A stretch of 64,000 bases of DNA, taken from positions 29,476-93,475 of IMG/VR virus record IMGVR_UViG_3300025131_000013. One strand, 5' to 3'. The position numbers were made by a program, and so were the translations under genes. This DNA is from a virus. Of this stretch, positions 1 to 9,590 are shown piece after piece; the stretch's first letter is position 1; every line of letters starts with the position of its first letter. The notes beneath the pieces were generated by a model. The model did no database searches. It was not told where the DNA came from and saw nothing but the letters and a program-made list of their open reading frames with translations.

Positions 1-1
1 T

Positions 2-931
2 ACGACTGCTGGTGTCGGTGGTGACTTTCTTCCGGTCCCGTTGGCGAATACCTTTATTGATCTCGTAAGAGATCAGAACTGGGTCCGCCAACTGGTCCAG
101 ACCGTGCCGATGGGCTCCAAGACCCTTGATTTCCCAAAGATTCTAACAGGTCCGTCAGTGTATTACGAGTCAGCTGAGAATGCGCAGGCAGTAGAAACAA
201 GCATGACGACTGGTTCGGTGCGTCTGACAGCCAAGAAGCTCTTTGCGCAGTTAAAGGCGTCTGAGGAACTCTTTGAGGATGCTGCGTTCGATATGGATAC
301 GATCATCCGACAGCATTTCGTGAATTCCCTGGCTGATGCCGAGGAAGAAGCGTTTGTTGACGGTGAAACTACCCATACCGCCTCAGCAGTAACCCCAGGA
401 GCTGCTACGGAGTCCAATTGGTATACGAAAGATCACCGTCTGATTTTCGACGGGTTGGCTACACTCTCGACTGCCTCAGGGGCTGCAACGGGTGTCAACG
501 GCGCAGGTGCGTCGATTACTTCCGCTATGATTAGGGAAGCAATCTACAACCTGGGCGTTTATGCGCGTTCAATGAAGGATGTGGTTGTCCTTCTTAACCC
601 TTGGTCGGCGAACGAGCTTTTGGATGACGCCAAGCTCGTAACTCTCGACAAGTATGGTTCCCAGGCGACGATTTTCACGGGAGAAATTGGCCGGCTGTAC
701 GGCCAGGCACGCGTTCTGACCTCGCCGTATCTGGCAGACGGTAAGGGTGTGTTCTTCCACCGGGGTAATCCTCTGATTGGTGACCGCAGACTTGTGCGTC
801 TGCGCGGTGAGGATGTTATTGAGTATGATCAGCGAAGGCTGGTGATCTCAGAGCGTCTTGACTTCGTGGTGCAGTATGCTAACGCCATCGGCGAGATGTT
901 TAACTTGGATCGTCCTGGATCTGGCTCCTAA
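2..931 (+). CDS. Major capsid protein, HK97 fold (5' end outside window)
   Basis: Frame is open from base 2 (TTAGVGGDFLPVPLANTFIDLVR, typical GG.l.P capsid motif). Also VRLTAKKLFAQLKASEELFEDA, LADAEEEAFVDG and ISERLDF. Ends ...RPGSGS. Confidence 0.93.
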   Translation, partial: TTAGVGGDFLPVPLANTFIDLVRDQNWVRQLVQTVPMGSKTLDFPKILTGPSVYYESAENAQAVETSMTTGSVRLTAKKLFAQLKASEELFEDAAFDMDTIIRQHFVNSLADAEEEAFVDGETTHTASAVTPGAATESNWYTKDHRLIFDGLATLSTASGAATGVNGAGASITSAMIREAIYNLGVYARSMKDVVVLLNPWSANELLDDAKLVTLDKYGSQATIFTGEIGRLYGQARVLTSPYLADGKGVFFHRGNPLIGDRRLVRLRGEDVIEYDQRRLVISERLDFVVQYANAIGEMFNLDRPGSGS

Positions 932-955
932 CCATTAGGTTAAGACCAGACCTAA

Positions 956-995
956 ATGAAGGGGGCGGGGCTTTGGCCTCGTCCCTTTCATTGTA
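956..995 (+). terminator. Stem-loop after capsid gene (putative terminator)
   Basis: ATGAAGGGGGCGGGGC-TTTG-GCCTCGTCCCTTTCAT forms a 16 bp stem with G-U pairs; the U tract is weak. Confidence 0.6.
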
Positions 996-1019
996 TATAG
1001 TCTTAAAGGAGGTAGTTGG

Positions 1020-1154
1020 ATGAAAGAGGTATTTAAAAGTAAGACAGATGGAGAGCCGAAGCCGATCAAGAAAGAGATGATAGGCCAACGGACCCCTGAA
1101 GAGAAGAAGCGCAAGAAAGAGACAGAATTGAGGAAGGGATGTTTGATATATTAG
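1020..1154 (+). CDS. Small Lys/Glu-rich hypothetical protein (44 aa, not in ORF track)
   Basis: AAAGGAGG SD then ATG; MKEVFKSKTDGEPKPIKKEMIGQRTPEEKKRKKETELRKGCLIY*. Confidence 0.6.
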   Translation: MKEVFKSKTDGEPKPIKKEMIGQRTPEEKKRKKETELRKGCLIY

Positions 1155-1729
1155 GTGCAGTAAGCTCTATAGCGACAGGAGGATTAACTGGACTCATCGG
1201 GTCCGGTATTTCGCAGTTTATGGAGCACAGGAAGCAAAAGACTGAATACGCCCATCAGCTTGCTTCTCGTAGACTTGATCTAGAGATAGTTGAGAAGAAG
1301 GCAGAGCTTCAGATCAAGGTAAAAGAGACCGATGCGAATATCGCGCTTGAGATTGAGGCTGGAAAAGATTTTAGGAACTCATTTGATAACGATAAGGCTA
1401 GATATGTTGATTCTAGTCGGACTGGTGCTGTTGTTAACTTTCTTCTAGGGTGTGTGGATGTAATTAGAGGGATGATCAGGCCAGTAGCTACTATTTTCTT
1501 CAGCTATTTGACCTATTCTATCTCAGACTCCCTTTTGACTCTATTAGGGGGAATTGATCAACTTCCCAGAGAACAATTAGTTGATCTCCTTAATAGAGTC
1601 ACCCAAACAATACTGTATATCGCTACGACTTGTATTTTATGGTGGTTCGGAACTAGGCCACCAAAGATGAACCAATATACCGGAGGTGTCTATGCCGCAC
1701 AACGTGGCGAAGCACAGCGTTCTGGTTGA
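1139..1729 (+). CDS. Holin-like membrane protein (GTA 3TM-holin type)
   Basis: N-terminal amphipathic GLTGLIG, a coiled coil, then RGMIRPVATIFF TM and ILWWFGTR C-terminal motif. Confidence 0.7.
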   Translation: MFDILGAVSSIATGGLTGLIGSGISQFMEHRKQKTEYAHQLASRRLDLEIVEKKAELQIKVKETDANIALEIEAGKDFRNSFDNDKARYVDSSRTGAVVNFLLGCVDVIRGMIRPVATIFFSYLTYSISDSLLTLLGGIDQLPREQLVDLLNRVTQTILYIATTCILWWFGTRPPKMNQYTGGVYAAQRGEAQRSG

Positions 1730-1786
1730 CCCCGCATTTGTGTAGTTTTCGTCGTTAAGAGTAACGCCTAATCAGGAGTCAAGATT

Positions 1787-3910
1787 GTGAATAAGTTTGA
1801 AGGTAAGAATTTTGTGAATCCGGGCAATGTTAAGATTGATGATCCCAAGGCCGCGATTGCTATCGAAGCTCAGATCCTTTCGGATTTGATTATTGATCGA
1901 AAGCAAACCGGCCATGAATCATTGGGTGATAAGGATGCCCTGATCCAAGTAGCTCATGATGTTGATTGGGTTACTCTCCGAATAGCCAAGAGGCTTATTA
2001 AGGAGGCAGGACCACGAAAAGCTATCGCGCTTGCTCAACTAGCGTCAGGGAATCTCTTTACTCCGCATAACGAGATACGGACGATAGAGAGAAAGCCCGG
2101 GAAATCATGTGCATTCTTCTCTGACGGTCGTTCCTTCTATACGGGTGGTCGCTACAGCGTTTTTATGCACGCCGTCTTACTGGCCGAGGTGATGAATGTC
2201 ACTTGGCTGACTGATGAACCCCTTCCGTTTGAGTCAGACTTCCCAGATCATAAGGTCAAGGTCATTGAAGACGCTCGGATATTTGAGCGGAAGATGGAGG
2301 ATCTTGGTGTTGACTTTGTAGTTGGACTCCCCAATCTATCAGGACAAGCTGCAGCCGCTTATTCGGAGCAGTTCAAGATCCCCTATTATTTGGTGATGTT
2401 TGAATCGCCGAATTTCATCAAGGAGTTCAGGAGTGATGGGGAAGATGCGAAGGAAACCTACTGGACTGACTATAAGAAGTGTATGCGTGGTTGCGACGCT
2501 GTTATCGCTCATAGCAATGTTAGTGCGGACTTTACTCGTGATTGGCTCTCTGACGGAGAAGGTAGACTCCCTCCAGTCCGAGTAACTCACCCTACGTGGA
2601 ATAAGACAATACTTGACGCTGAACTGTTTAGCCAGCTCAAACCTAGAGAGGGTGTGGTAATTTGCTCCCGCTCTGCTCCGTTCAAAGATCCGTATGCTCT
2701 GCTAGTTGAGCTGGATAAGATAGGCTTTAAAGAGCGAGTGGTAATAATCGGAAAGACTTGGAAGACAGATCGTTACGAGAAGGATTGGTCTTTTGAGTTG
2801 ATCCTATACGGGACTATCTCAGATACTAGAAAGTTCTCGTATCTGAAGCAAGCCAAAGTTCTCGCTATGCCCTCCCAATTTGAAGGATTTGGGATGCCTC
2901 CAATGGAGGCACTGGCGTGCGGAACTCCGGTGATCGCTTATGATCTGCCCGTTCTTAAGTCGATTTATGAAGGGGAGATTGTCTACACCCCTATAGGTAA
3001 TGCTGGTTTGATGGCACGGCGTATAGTAGAGGCGTGTGATCCTGAGATCAGAGACATACCTTTCCAATCAAAGCCAATCCTCAAAAAGCTCTCCCCGCGT
3101 AGTGCGTTAACTTCCCTAAAGCGCGCCTTCCCAGGCCCATTAACACTTGGAGTAGGCATTATTGCCTACGATATAGGGGATTGGGTAGGAAAGGCAATTG
3201 AGAACGCCGCCCAGTATGCTGACGAGGTCTATATTGTCCACGGACGGTGCGCTGACTTCCCTGAAGCTCCTCACGGAGACCAGCATACGATTGAGGAGAT
3301 TGAGCACGCCATCTCTCAGATAGACGTTCCGGTGTTCTTCCATCGGCTGGGAGAGCATATCCCTCCGACTAAGGTTGCTCTCCAAAACTTCATCGCCGAA
3401 CGGGTTGAGACCGACATCTATATGAAGCAGGATGCGGATGAGTTCTGGCATCCAGAAGATGTTCAGAAGGCTCTGGAGATGTTCGTTGAGGATGAGGAAT
3501 TGGACATCATCCGAGTGTCCTGGCATCACTTCTGGAAGAATTTGAAGCAGGTTACTTGTGATGCCGGAGGTCAGTGGACGAATAAGCACCCTCGCTTCTG
3601 GAGATGGAACTCAGGGTTCTCCCATACCTTTACCCATAACAACTTTGTCGACGCAGATGGTATAGAAGTCAGACCACCGGACTATCCAGAGGTTGTAACA
3701 GACCTAACCTGCTATCACTGCGGGTATGCTCGGGGTGAAGAGTATGTCCAGCGCAAGATCGAGTTCTATCGGGATAGGGGAATTGAGAAGGATGTTAAAG
3801 ATACCTATACCGATTGGAAGCCTGGAGATCGGACTCAGCCTACCCAGCACGCTAATGTGAATAGCTGGGTCGAGCCGTTCAAGGGTAAGTTGCCGGAGAT
3901 CCTGAAATGA
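1787..3910 (+). CDS. Bifunctional glycosyltransferase (GT4 GT-B domain + GT2-like GT-A domain)
   Basis: MPSQFEGFGMPPMEALACGTPVIAYD is the GT4 Ex7E motif. The C-terminal half has LGVGIIAYD...KQDADEFW (DxD) ...CYHCGYAR. Confidence 0.9.
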   Translation: MNKFEGKNFVNPGNVKIDDPKAAIAIEAQILSDLIIDRKQTGHESLGDKDALIQVAHDVDWVTLRIAKRLIKEAGPRKAIALAQLASGNLFTPHNEIRTIERKPGKSCAFFSDGRSFYTGGRYSVFMHAVLLAEVMNVTWLTDEPLPFESDFPDHKVKVIEDARIFERKMEDLGVDFVVGLPNLSGQAAAAYSEQFKIPYYLVMFESPNFIKEFRSDGEDAKETYWTDYKKCMRGCDAVIAHSNVSADFTRDWLSDGEGRLPPVRVTHPTWNKTILDAELFSQLKPREGVVICSRSAPFKDPYALLVELDKIGFKERVVIIGKTWKTDRYEKDWSFELILYGTISDTRKFSYLKQAKVLAMPSQFEGFGMPPMEALACGTPVIAYDLPVLKSIYEGEIVYTPIGNAGLMARRIVEACDPEIRDIPFQSKPILKKLSPRSALTSLKRAFPGPLTLGVGIIAYDIGDWVGKAIENAAQYADEVYIVHGRCADFPEAPHGDQHTIEEIEHAISQIDVPVFFHRLGEHIPPTKVALQNFIAERVETDIYMKQDADEFWHPEDVQKALEMFVEDEELDIIRVSWHHFWKNLKQVTCDAGGQWTNKHPRFWRWNSGFSHTFTHNNFVDADGIEVRPPDYPEVVTDLTCYHCGYARGEEYVQRKIEFYRDRGIEKDVKDTYTDWKPGDRTQPTQHANVNSWVEPFKGKLPEILK

Positions 3911-4785
3911 GGATTTGTATAATCAGGAACAATAATCCGGGGCACGTCCAGATAGCAGATATGCTCTGGAGGTCAGCCTTAAGACTAGGGCATACTCCTG
4001 TTCTTGCCGGGGCAAATGATATGTCCCCAAGACCAGCGGATATGACCATCCTAGTCAATATCGTCCCTAAAGCTATGGCGGCAGTCAATAAGGCTACTGG
4101 GACTCTCGGCAGGATACGTAATAAGGTGTATATCAATCTTGAGAACTTGCCTTTTGCCGAGGGCAGTGGTCAGTTCGAGAGATACAGGATCAAAGAGTTT
4201 AACGCCCAGATAGAGATTTTCAATCCTGGCTGCGTAACACTCTGCGACCCCGGAGTGTATGATCGGGTGTCCCTTAAGAAGCTAGGCGTGATGATGCCTC
4301 GCCAGTTCTACGATAAAGGGTTCTTGTATGATCCAGACTTCCATAGGGATCTAAGGATGCTTAAGGATTTGGGAGCTTGTTTTATAGGGAGCTTGAGCGA
4401 GGACAGGAAAGAGAAGTTGGCGTCTATTCGGAAGGTGAATGTCTTTCGATCCTGGGGGTATGAGAAGGTATCCTTGATGAACCGACACGCCATCTCCCTG
4501 AACTTCCAAAAGCGGGATGAGCACAACTTCAAGACGTATAGGGCAGTAGACGCGATAATGTGTGGGTGCCTGTTCTTAACAGAGCAGGATGACTTCCATA
4601 CTACTTTCCCTGATGATTGTTATGTCTCAGTCCCGATAGAGGATATGCCTGAGGCGGTGGAGTATTATCTTGAACACTCCAACGAGAGGGAAAAGATAGT
4701 AGGTTTGGCCCAGGAGTTCATCAAGAGTAATTTTGGAGTAGACCAGTATCTAAGTGGACTAGTAGAGGAATTTCAAGATGCCTGA
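3907..4785 (+). CDS. CgeB-like (Glyco_trans_1_2) glycosyltransferase
   Basis: ACFIGSLSEDR...ISLNF...RAVDAIMCGCLFLTE...VEYYLEHSNEREKIVGLAQEFI. Confidence 0.8.
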   Translation: MRICIIRNNNPGHVQIADMLWRSALRLGHTPVLAGANDMSPRPADMTILVNIVPKAMAAVNKATGTLGRIRNKVYINLENLPFAEGSGQFERYRIKEFNAQIEIFNPGCVTLCDPGVYDRVSLKKLGVMMPRQFYDKGFLYDPDFHRDLRMLKDLGACFIGSLSEDRKEKLASIRKVNVFRSWGYEKVSLMNRHAISLNFQKRDEHNFKTYRAVDAIMCGCLFLTEQDDFHTTFPDDCYVSVPIEDMPEAVEYYLEHSNEREKIVGLAQEFIKSNFGVDQYLSGLVEEFQDA

Positions 4786-6070
4786 TAAAGTTGATGGCTT
4801 GCGGGATATAGTGAATAATCTGAAGAAGAAGGATCGAGACTCCACTATCTTGTTCACCGAAGAAGAGATCATGGAGATTCGTCACGGTCAATCTTCAGAA
4901 GAGGACAGGAAAGCCTTGTTTGATGCCGTCAGGGAGAGGCCAGGATTCCAAGCTCCTGGAGCAGCAGCTCACGCCAGCAGACCGGAGATGATCGCTAGAG
5001 AAGGGCAGGAGAATATGACTAGTGATCAACTAGCTGATCTCCTTATGCTCAAGCTACAGGTAACTCCTCAGCACAAGATACCTTTCACGGGGACTAAGGT
5101 CAATGTCAATAGTTGGTCTAACGCGACTAGGACATTCAGATGTTGGGGAGACTACTGGGCCTGGATGCAATTGGGTCGTGCGTTTACTGAATTGGGCTAC
5201 CATTTTAATGTTGATCCTGGGATCTCTGACGTCACAGTGTATCTGAGGGGCGGTCGATTCAAGACCGACGATCATTGGCAGGTCCCAAATCGGATCAACC
5301 CAAATACCCACAATATTGTCTGGATCTATTCTCATCCGGACGACATATCGAGTCTTGAGCTTCGGGACTACGATGAGGTATGGTGCCTCTCCCAGAAAAT
5401 GGTCGATCAAGTTCAGGCTTACGGGCACAAGGGATTAGTTGAGACTCCTATTACTTCGTGCACAAACATGGTGGAGCCTTCTACAGTCGATGACCGCTTC
5501 GACGTAGTATTTATCGGGAATGCCCGAGGTCAGACAATTAACGAGGATGGTAGGGACGTCATCCAGATGCTGAAGGATCGATCGGATCTAAACGTAGGCA
5601 TCTACGGGATGAAGTGGGATCTCCCTCATCTTAGCTGGGTAGTAGATCGAGGATGGTGGCAGGGTGACTACTACGCCTACTACAAGCTACCAAGACTCTA
5701 CAGCGGAGCAAAGGTAGTCCTGAATGATACTCACCCCGATATGGCTAGGTTCGGGTTCATCCCGATGAAGCTATTCGATATCATTAGATCAGGTGGATTC
5801 CCGATCACGGACGGCATCGCTGGTCTTGAGGAGAAGCTCCCAGAGATAGCTGTCTATGAAAGCAAGAAGAATCTCAACGATCTGATTGACTATTACCTGG
5901 AGGAATCAGACGAGCGGACTGAGAGACAGCGCGATATGTGGTATCGTATCAAGGATGATACCTTTACCGCAAGAGCAGCAGAAGCAGTCGAGAGTTCTCA
6001 TTACGAGGGATGGAAGTCAAGAGAGTCAGTATCGCAGGAGATGTTCGATGTCCACCGAGTTGAAGCTTGA
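4778..6070 (+). CDS. CgeB-like glycosyltransferase with N-terminal extension
   Basis: WGDYW, DVVFIGNARG, YSGAKVVLNDTHPDMARFGFIPMKLFD, IDYYLEESDER, TFTARA. Confidence 0.85.
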   Translation: MPDKVDGLRDIVNNLKKKDRDSTILFTEEEIMEIRHGQSSEEDRKALFDAVRERPGFQAPGAAAHASRPEMIAREGQENMTSDQLADLLMLKLQVTPQHKIPFTGTKVNVNSWSNATRTFRCWGDYWAWMQLGRAFTELGYHFNVDPGISDVTVYLRGGRFKTDDHWQVPNRINPNTHNIVWIYSHPDDISSLELRDYDEVWCLSQKMVDQVQAYGHKGLVETPITSCTNMVEPSTVDDRFDVVFIGNARGQTINEDGRDVIQMLKDRSDLNVGIYGMKWDLPHLSWVVDRGWWQGDYYAYYKLPRLYSGAKVVLNDTHPDMARFGFIPMKLFDIIRSGGFPITDGIAGLEEKLPEIAVYESKKNLNDLIDYYLEESDERTERQRDMWYRIKDDTFTARAAEAVESSHYEGWKSRESVSQEMFDVHRVEA

Positions 6071-6641
6071 GGTAGGGTGCGGCGGTAGATTGCCTGGAGG
6101 CTATATCGGAGTAGATATAGTCCAGACTAAGGCAGTCAAAGGGAAGCCGTTTATCTATGGTGAGGCTGCTAAGATACCGTTTCAAAGCGGGACGGTAGAT
6201 GAGGTATCCTGCTGTCATATGGTAGAGCATCTTGACCCTAGATACTTTGTGAGTTGTCTACTTGAATGGCGTAGAGTTCTGAAGGTAGGCGGGGCGTTGG
6301 TTATCCAATGCCCTAATGCTATTGTCTACCTAGAGGAACTTCTTGAGTTCTTTAGAGATGGTGGATTACCTCGCGCACCACGGCTAGAGCCGCAGAGGTA
6401 TCCAGATGAGATGAAGAACCGACCGTATGAGATGTGGCCTATAATCCAGGTCACCGGACTTGCTTCGATAGGAGACCATATGGTTAATCGGAATCACTTC
6501 TCTATAGAGCATCTGAGATTCTACGTCGAGATATACGGTGGCTTTGAGATAAAGGAAGCCAAAGTCAAAAGGACTAGGCAGAGTCACGGAATCGAACATC
6601 GACCTGACGGAGATTTAATTGTCCGAGGAACAAAAAGATGA
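6048..6641 (+). CDS. Class I SAM-dependent methyltransferase (glycan-cluster type)
   Basis: Likely start MSTELKLEVGCGG; GYIGVDI, CHMVEHL, EWRRVLKVGGAL. Confidence 0.85.
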   Translation: MSTELKLEVGCGGRLPGGYIGVDIVQTKAVKGKPFIYGEAAKIPFQSGTVDEVSCCHMVEHLDPRYFVSCLLEWRRVLKVGGALVIQCPNAIVYLEELLEFFRDGGLPRAPRLEPQRYPDEMKNRPYEMWPIIQVTGLASIGDHMVNRNHFSIEHLRFYVEIYGGFEIKEAKVKRTRQSHGIEHRPDGDLIVRGTKR

Positions 6642-7651
6642 TCAAGGTATTCTATGTAGACGCTTTTGCCCAAGAGAGGTATTCAGGCCCCTTTAGGCTC
6701 AAAGGATTCGAGTTGGCTAAGTTCGATGCGGTTGCGTTTGATTACCGACAGATCGGATATACTCACGGGGAGCTAGGGCTGAATCACTCTCTACTCAATT
6801 CTTTGAGGGTTTTCAGACCGGATGTTATATTCGTCAACAAGGGGCACTTCGGGATTAATCAGAAGGTGCTAAGGCAGTTCCTTGACGATAATCCTCATAC
6901 TATGCTCATCACTTGGACCGGAGATCAGCGCGGGACGGTAATGGATGAGGTAGTTCCCTGTGCTCAACTCTCTCATGTCCTTGCCCATAGTAATGACGAT
7001 CCTAAGTTGGCTAAAGGGTATAATGAGGTGGGCGTCCCTAACGTAATAGAGCATCATTGCGCTACGGACGTTGAGGTGTATAAGCCTCACGATGCCTGGC
7101 CGCAATCAATGGAAGGAGAGGTATCCTTCTTTGGCAGCCAATACGGGGCGTATCCTCTTAGCGGGTTCAGGGATGAAGTCCTGAAAGCTGTTGATAAGGA
7201 GTATGACCTAAAGCTGTATGGAGGAAACTGGGAGAGGGTGTTTCCGGGCAAGCTGACTAGCCAAGCCCATCGAGATAGATACGCTTTGGCTGCCTCCGGC
7301 TGTAATATCCAACTCTGTGTCAATGCCTTCAATAATATCCACCGCTATACGTCGAATCGGGTATGGAACGCTTTGGCGTGCGAGAGGCTTGTTTTACAGC
7401 ACCATTTCGCCGGGGCTGAGTCTTTATTGGGTCCAGGTTGTGAGAATGTAGTATACTTCCAAGATACTGATCAGTGCCTGGCGCTTATTGACTACTATCT
7501 GGCCCATAAGGATGAGGCCCAGGAGATAGCAGCCAGAGGCAGGAAGTTTGTTGAGGAGGCTCATACCTACTACCATCGGGCTATGGAGCTAAAGGATATA
7601 TACGACAAGTGGATGGAGGATGATGCCTGGTCCTTCAACAGGAGGGGATAA
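6638..7651 (+). CDS. CgeB-like glycosyltransferase
   Basis: FRPDVIFVNKG, WTGD, VSFFGS, LKLYGGNW, SNRVWNALAC, IDYYLAHKDEAQEIAARGRKFVEEAHTYYHRA. Confidence 0.88.
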   Translation: MIKVFYVDAFAQERYSGPFRLKGFELAKFDAVAFDYRQIGYTHGELGLNHSLLNSLRVFRPDVIFVNKGHFGINQKVLRQFLDDNPHTMLITWTGDQRGTVMDEVVPCAQLSHVLAHSNDDPKLAKGYNEVGVPNVIEHHCATDVEVYKPHDAWPQSMEGEVSFFGSQYGAYPLSGFRDEVLKAVDKEYDLKLYGGNWERVFPGKLTSQAHRDRYALAASGCNIQLCVNAFNNIHRYTSNRVWNALACERLVLQHHFAGAESLLGPGCENVVYFQDTDQCLALIDYYLAHKDEAQEIAARGRKFVEEAHTYYHRAMELKDIYDKWMEDDAWSFNRRG

Positions 7652-8481
7652 TGCCTGATGCTTTTTGGCAAACTCCGGAGTTTCTGGAATTCTTGACTAA
7701 AGGTAAGGTTGAGAAGACCAGATATAATCTGAATGTGGATGATCTATCTCCTGCTATACCAAGGAAAGAATCTACAGACATCCTATTCAAGCTATTCAAG
7801 CTATACCCCGGTTTAAAGGTGGATGCCTTTGTAATCCCTGACTGGAGAGGCGAGGCCTGTGTTAAGGACTACCCTGGTTGGATACAGGAAGTCAAGACCC
7901 TGGTCGATATGTTCGATCTGAGGCTCCACCACCACGGGCTTAACCATGATTTCAATCAAGGCTTTAGGACAGAGTTCTCGGATAAGTCAATAACTGAATG
8001 CGAGGACATTATAATAAAGGCCGTAGAGGTCTGGAGCAAGGTAGGGTTGGATGTAGGGATGGAAGTCTTCAGGTCACCTAGATGGGTTAGCAGCACGAAC
8101 CTTTTGGATGCTTGTAAGAATCTAGGGTTCAAGATAATTGGCCTAAATTGGAGGCAGCATCCGGCAGAAGTATGGAAGAGGGGGATGGATGTAGTATATA
8201 GCAATTTCTACTACGCCAATACCCCGACCTACCCAAGCGGCAAGGCTAAGGATAAGGATCTCCACCAGTTATGGTCTGATTTCTCTAACGAGAGGATCTG
8301 CCACGCTCACTTCGGGCATCTAGGATACGATGCCTTGAGGAAAAGAGTAGACAACACAAAGGTGGACATAAGAGATATGATCCTTTACGGGGCAGACTAC
8401 GTGTATCTGGAAGAAGCAACTTCTTTCCGAGAGGTGGTGAAAAATGCAAATCCCGCTGTTCAAGCCGCATGTCAACCCTAA
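7651..8481 (+). CDS. Polysaccharide deacetylase-like protein (NodB/DUF2334 type)
   Basis: LNVDDL, AFVIP, HHHGLNH metal motif, EF, VFRSPRW. Confidence 0.8.
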   Translation: MPDAFWQTPEFLEFLTKGKVEKTRYNLNVDDLSPAIPRKESTDILFKLFKLYPGLKVDAFVIPDWRGEACVKDYPGWIQEVKTLVDMFDLRLHHHGLNHDFNQGFRTEFSDKSITECEDIIIKAVEVWSKVGLDVGMEVFRSPRWVSSTNLLDACKNLGFKIIGLNWRQHPAEVWKRGMDVVYSNFYYANTPTYPSGKAKDKDLHQLWSDFSNERICHAHFGHLGYDALRKRVDNTKVDIRDMILYGADYVYLEEATSFREVVKNANPAVQAACQP

Positions 8482-9586
8482 AGCCCTAAAGGGATTAGCC
8501 GATATATTTGAGTCCGGTTGGACGGGTCTTGGCCCAAAGACTGAGGAGTTTGAAGAGGCTTTCTGCGAATATACCGGGGCTAAGTATGCGGTAGCTGTCA
8601 ACTCGTGTACAGCAGCCCTACACTTAGCCTTAATTTGCGCTGGATCAAGGGATGAAGAGACAGTCATATCAACTCCTATGACTTTTGTTTCGTCCAATGA
8701 GGCTATTAAGTATACCGGGGCATACGTTGATTTCGCAGACGTATGTTCTGAAACGCTTAGTATGGACCCCAAATCTTTACAAAAGATGTGCGAGGATCAA
8801 GGGCCACCGAAGGTTGTAGTTGTAGTCCACTATGGTGGCTCTCCGGCAGAAATTGATTCTTTTTCTAGTCTCCAAGATCAATACGGCTTCGAGATTGTAT
8901 GGGATTGCGCCCATGCTATGGGTGCTTCTCATAGGGATAGGAAGCTGGGATCTTTTGAGAAGTTTGCCTGCTTCTCTTTTCACGCGGTAAAGAATCTAGG
9001 GATTGGTGACGGAGGGATGATAGCGACGAATGATCAAGAGGTCTATGAGCGTCTCAAGCGTCTAAGATGGATGGGCGTTGATAGCTCGACTTACGAAAGA
9101 TCCTCAAACGGAAAGTATAAATGGTTGTATTCCGTAGATGAGTTGGGGTATAAGTATCACATGAACGATGTCATGGCTACGATTGCTTTGGCTCAGCTTA
9201 AGGATCTAGAGTGGCAAAACGAGAGGCGCAGGAATTTAGCCCTCCAATACCAGCATTTTCTCGTAGACCAATGGGCTTCTAATGGGGATCTGCAGATCGT
9301 TAATCCTTATAAGTCAGATAGGGAAAATGCCCAGCACCTGTTCGTTATACGGGTGAAGAAGGGGGCAAGGGACGGCTTACATAACTATTTGGCTAAAAGA
9401 GGGATCACTACCGGGGTCCATTATTACCCGAACCACCTATACAAGATGTTTTACGGGCAGTACCAGTGCCAGCAGGCTTGCTTGGCATTTGAGGAAATCC
9501 TTAGCCTACCGATGTATTGGCAGATGGAAACTGAGGAGCAGACTTATGTTTGCGAAGCAATTAAGTCCTATTTTAACGCTGTCTGA
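8444..9586 (+). CDS. DegT/DnrJ/EryC1/StrS PLP-dependent sugar aminotransferase
   Basis: AVNSCTAALHLAL, DCAHAMG, FSFHAVKNLGIGDGGM (PLP Lys), GYKYHMND, LSLPMY. Confidence 0.96.
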   Translation: MQIPLFKPHVNPKALKGLADIFESGWTGLGPKTEEFEEAFCEYTGAKYAVAVNSCTAALHLALICAGSRDEETVISTPMTFVSSNEAIKYTGAYVDFADVCSETLSMDPKSLQKMCEDQGPPKVVVVVHYGGSPAEIDSFSSLQDQYGFEIVWDCAHAMGASHRDRKLGSFEKFACFSFHAVKNLGIGDGGMIATNDQEVYERLKRLRWMGVDSSTYERSSNGKYKWLYSVDELGYKYHMNDVMATIALAQLKDLEWQNERRRNLALQYQHFLVDQWASNGDLQIVNPYKSDRENAQHLFVIRVKKGARDGLHNYLAKRGITTGVHYYPNHLYKMFYGQYQCQQACLAFEEILSLPMYWQMETEEQTYVCEAIKSYFNAV

Positions 9587-9590
9587 TAAG

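Noticed and set aside
1692-1745. 17-codon micro-ORF (MPHNVAKHSVLVDPAFV) with GGAGG SD ahead of the GT island
   Set aside because: Too short to support; could be chance or a gene remnant.
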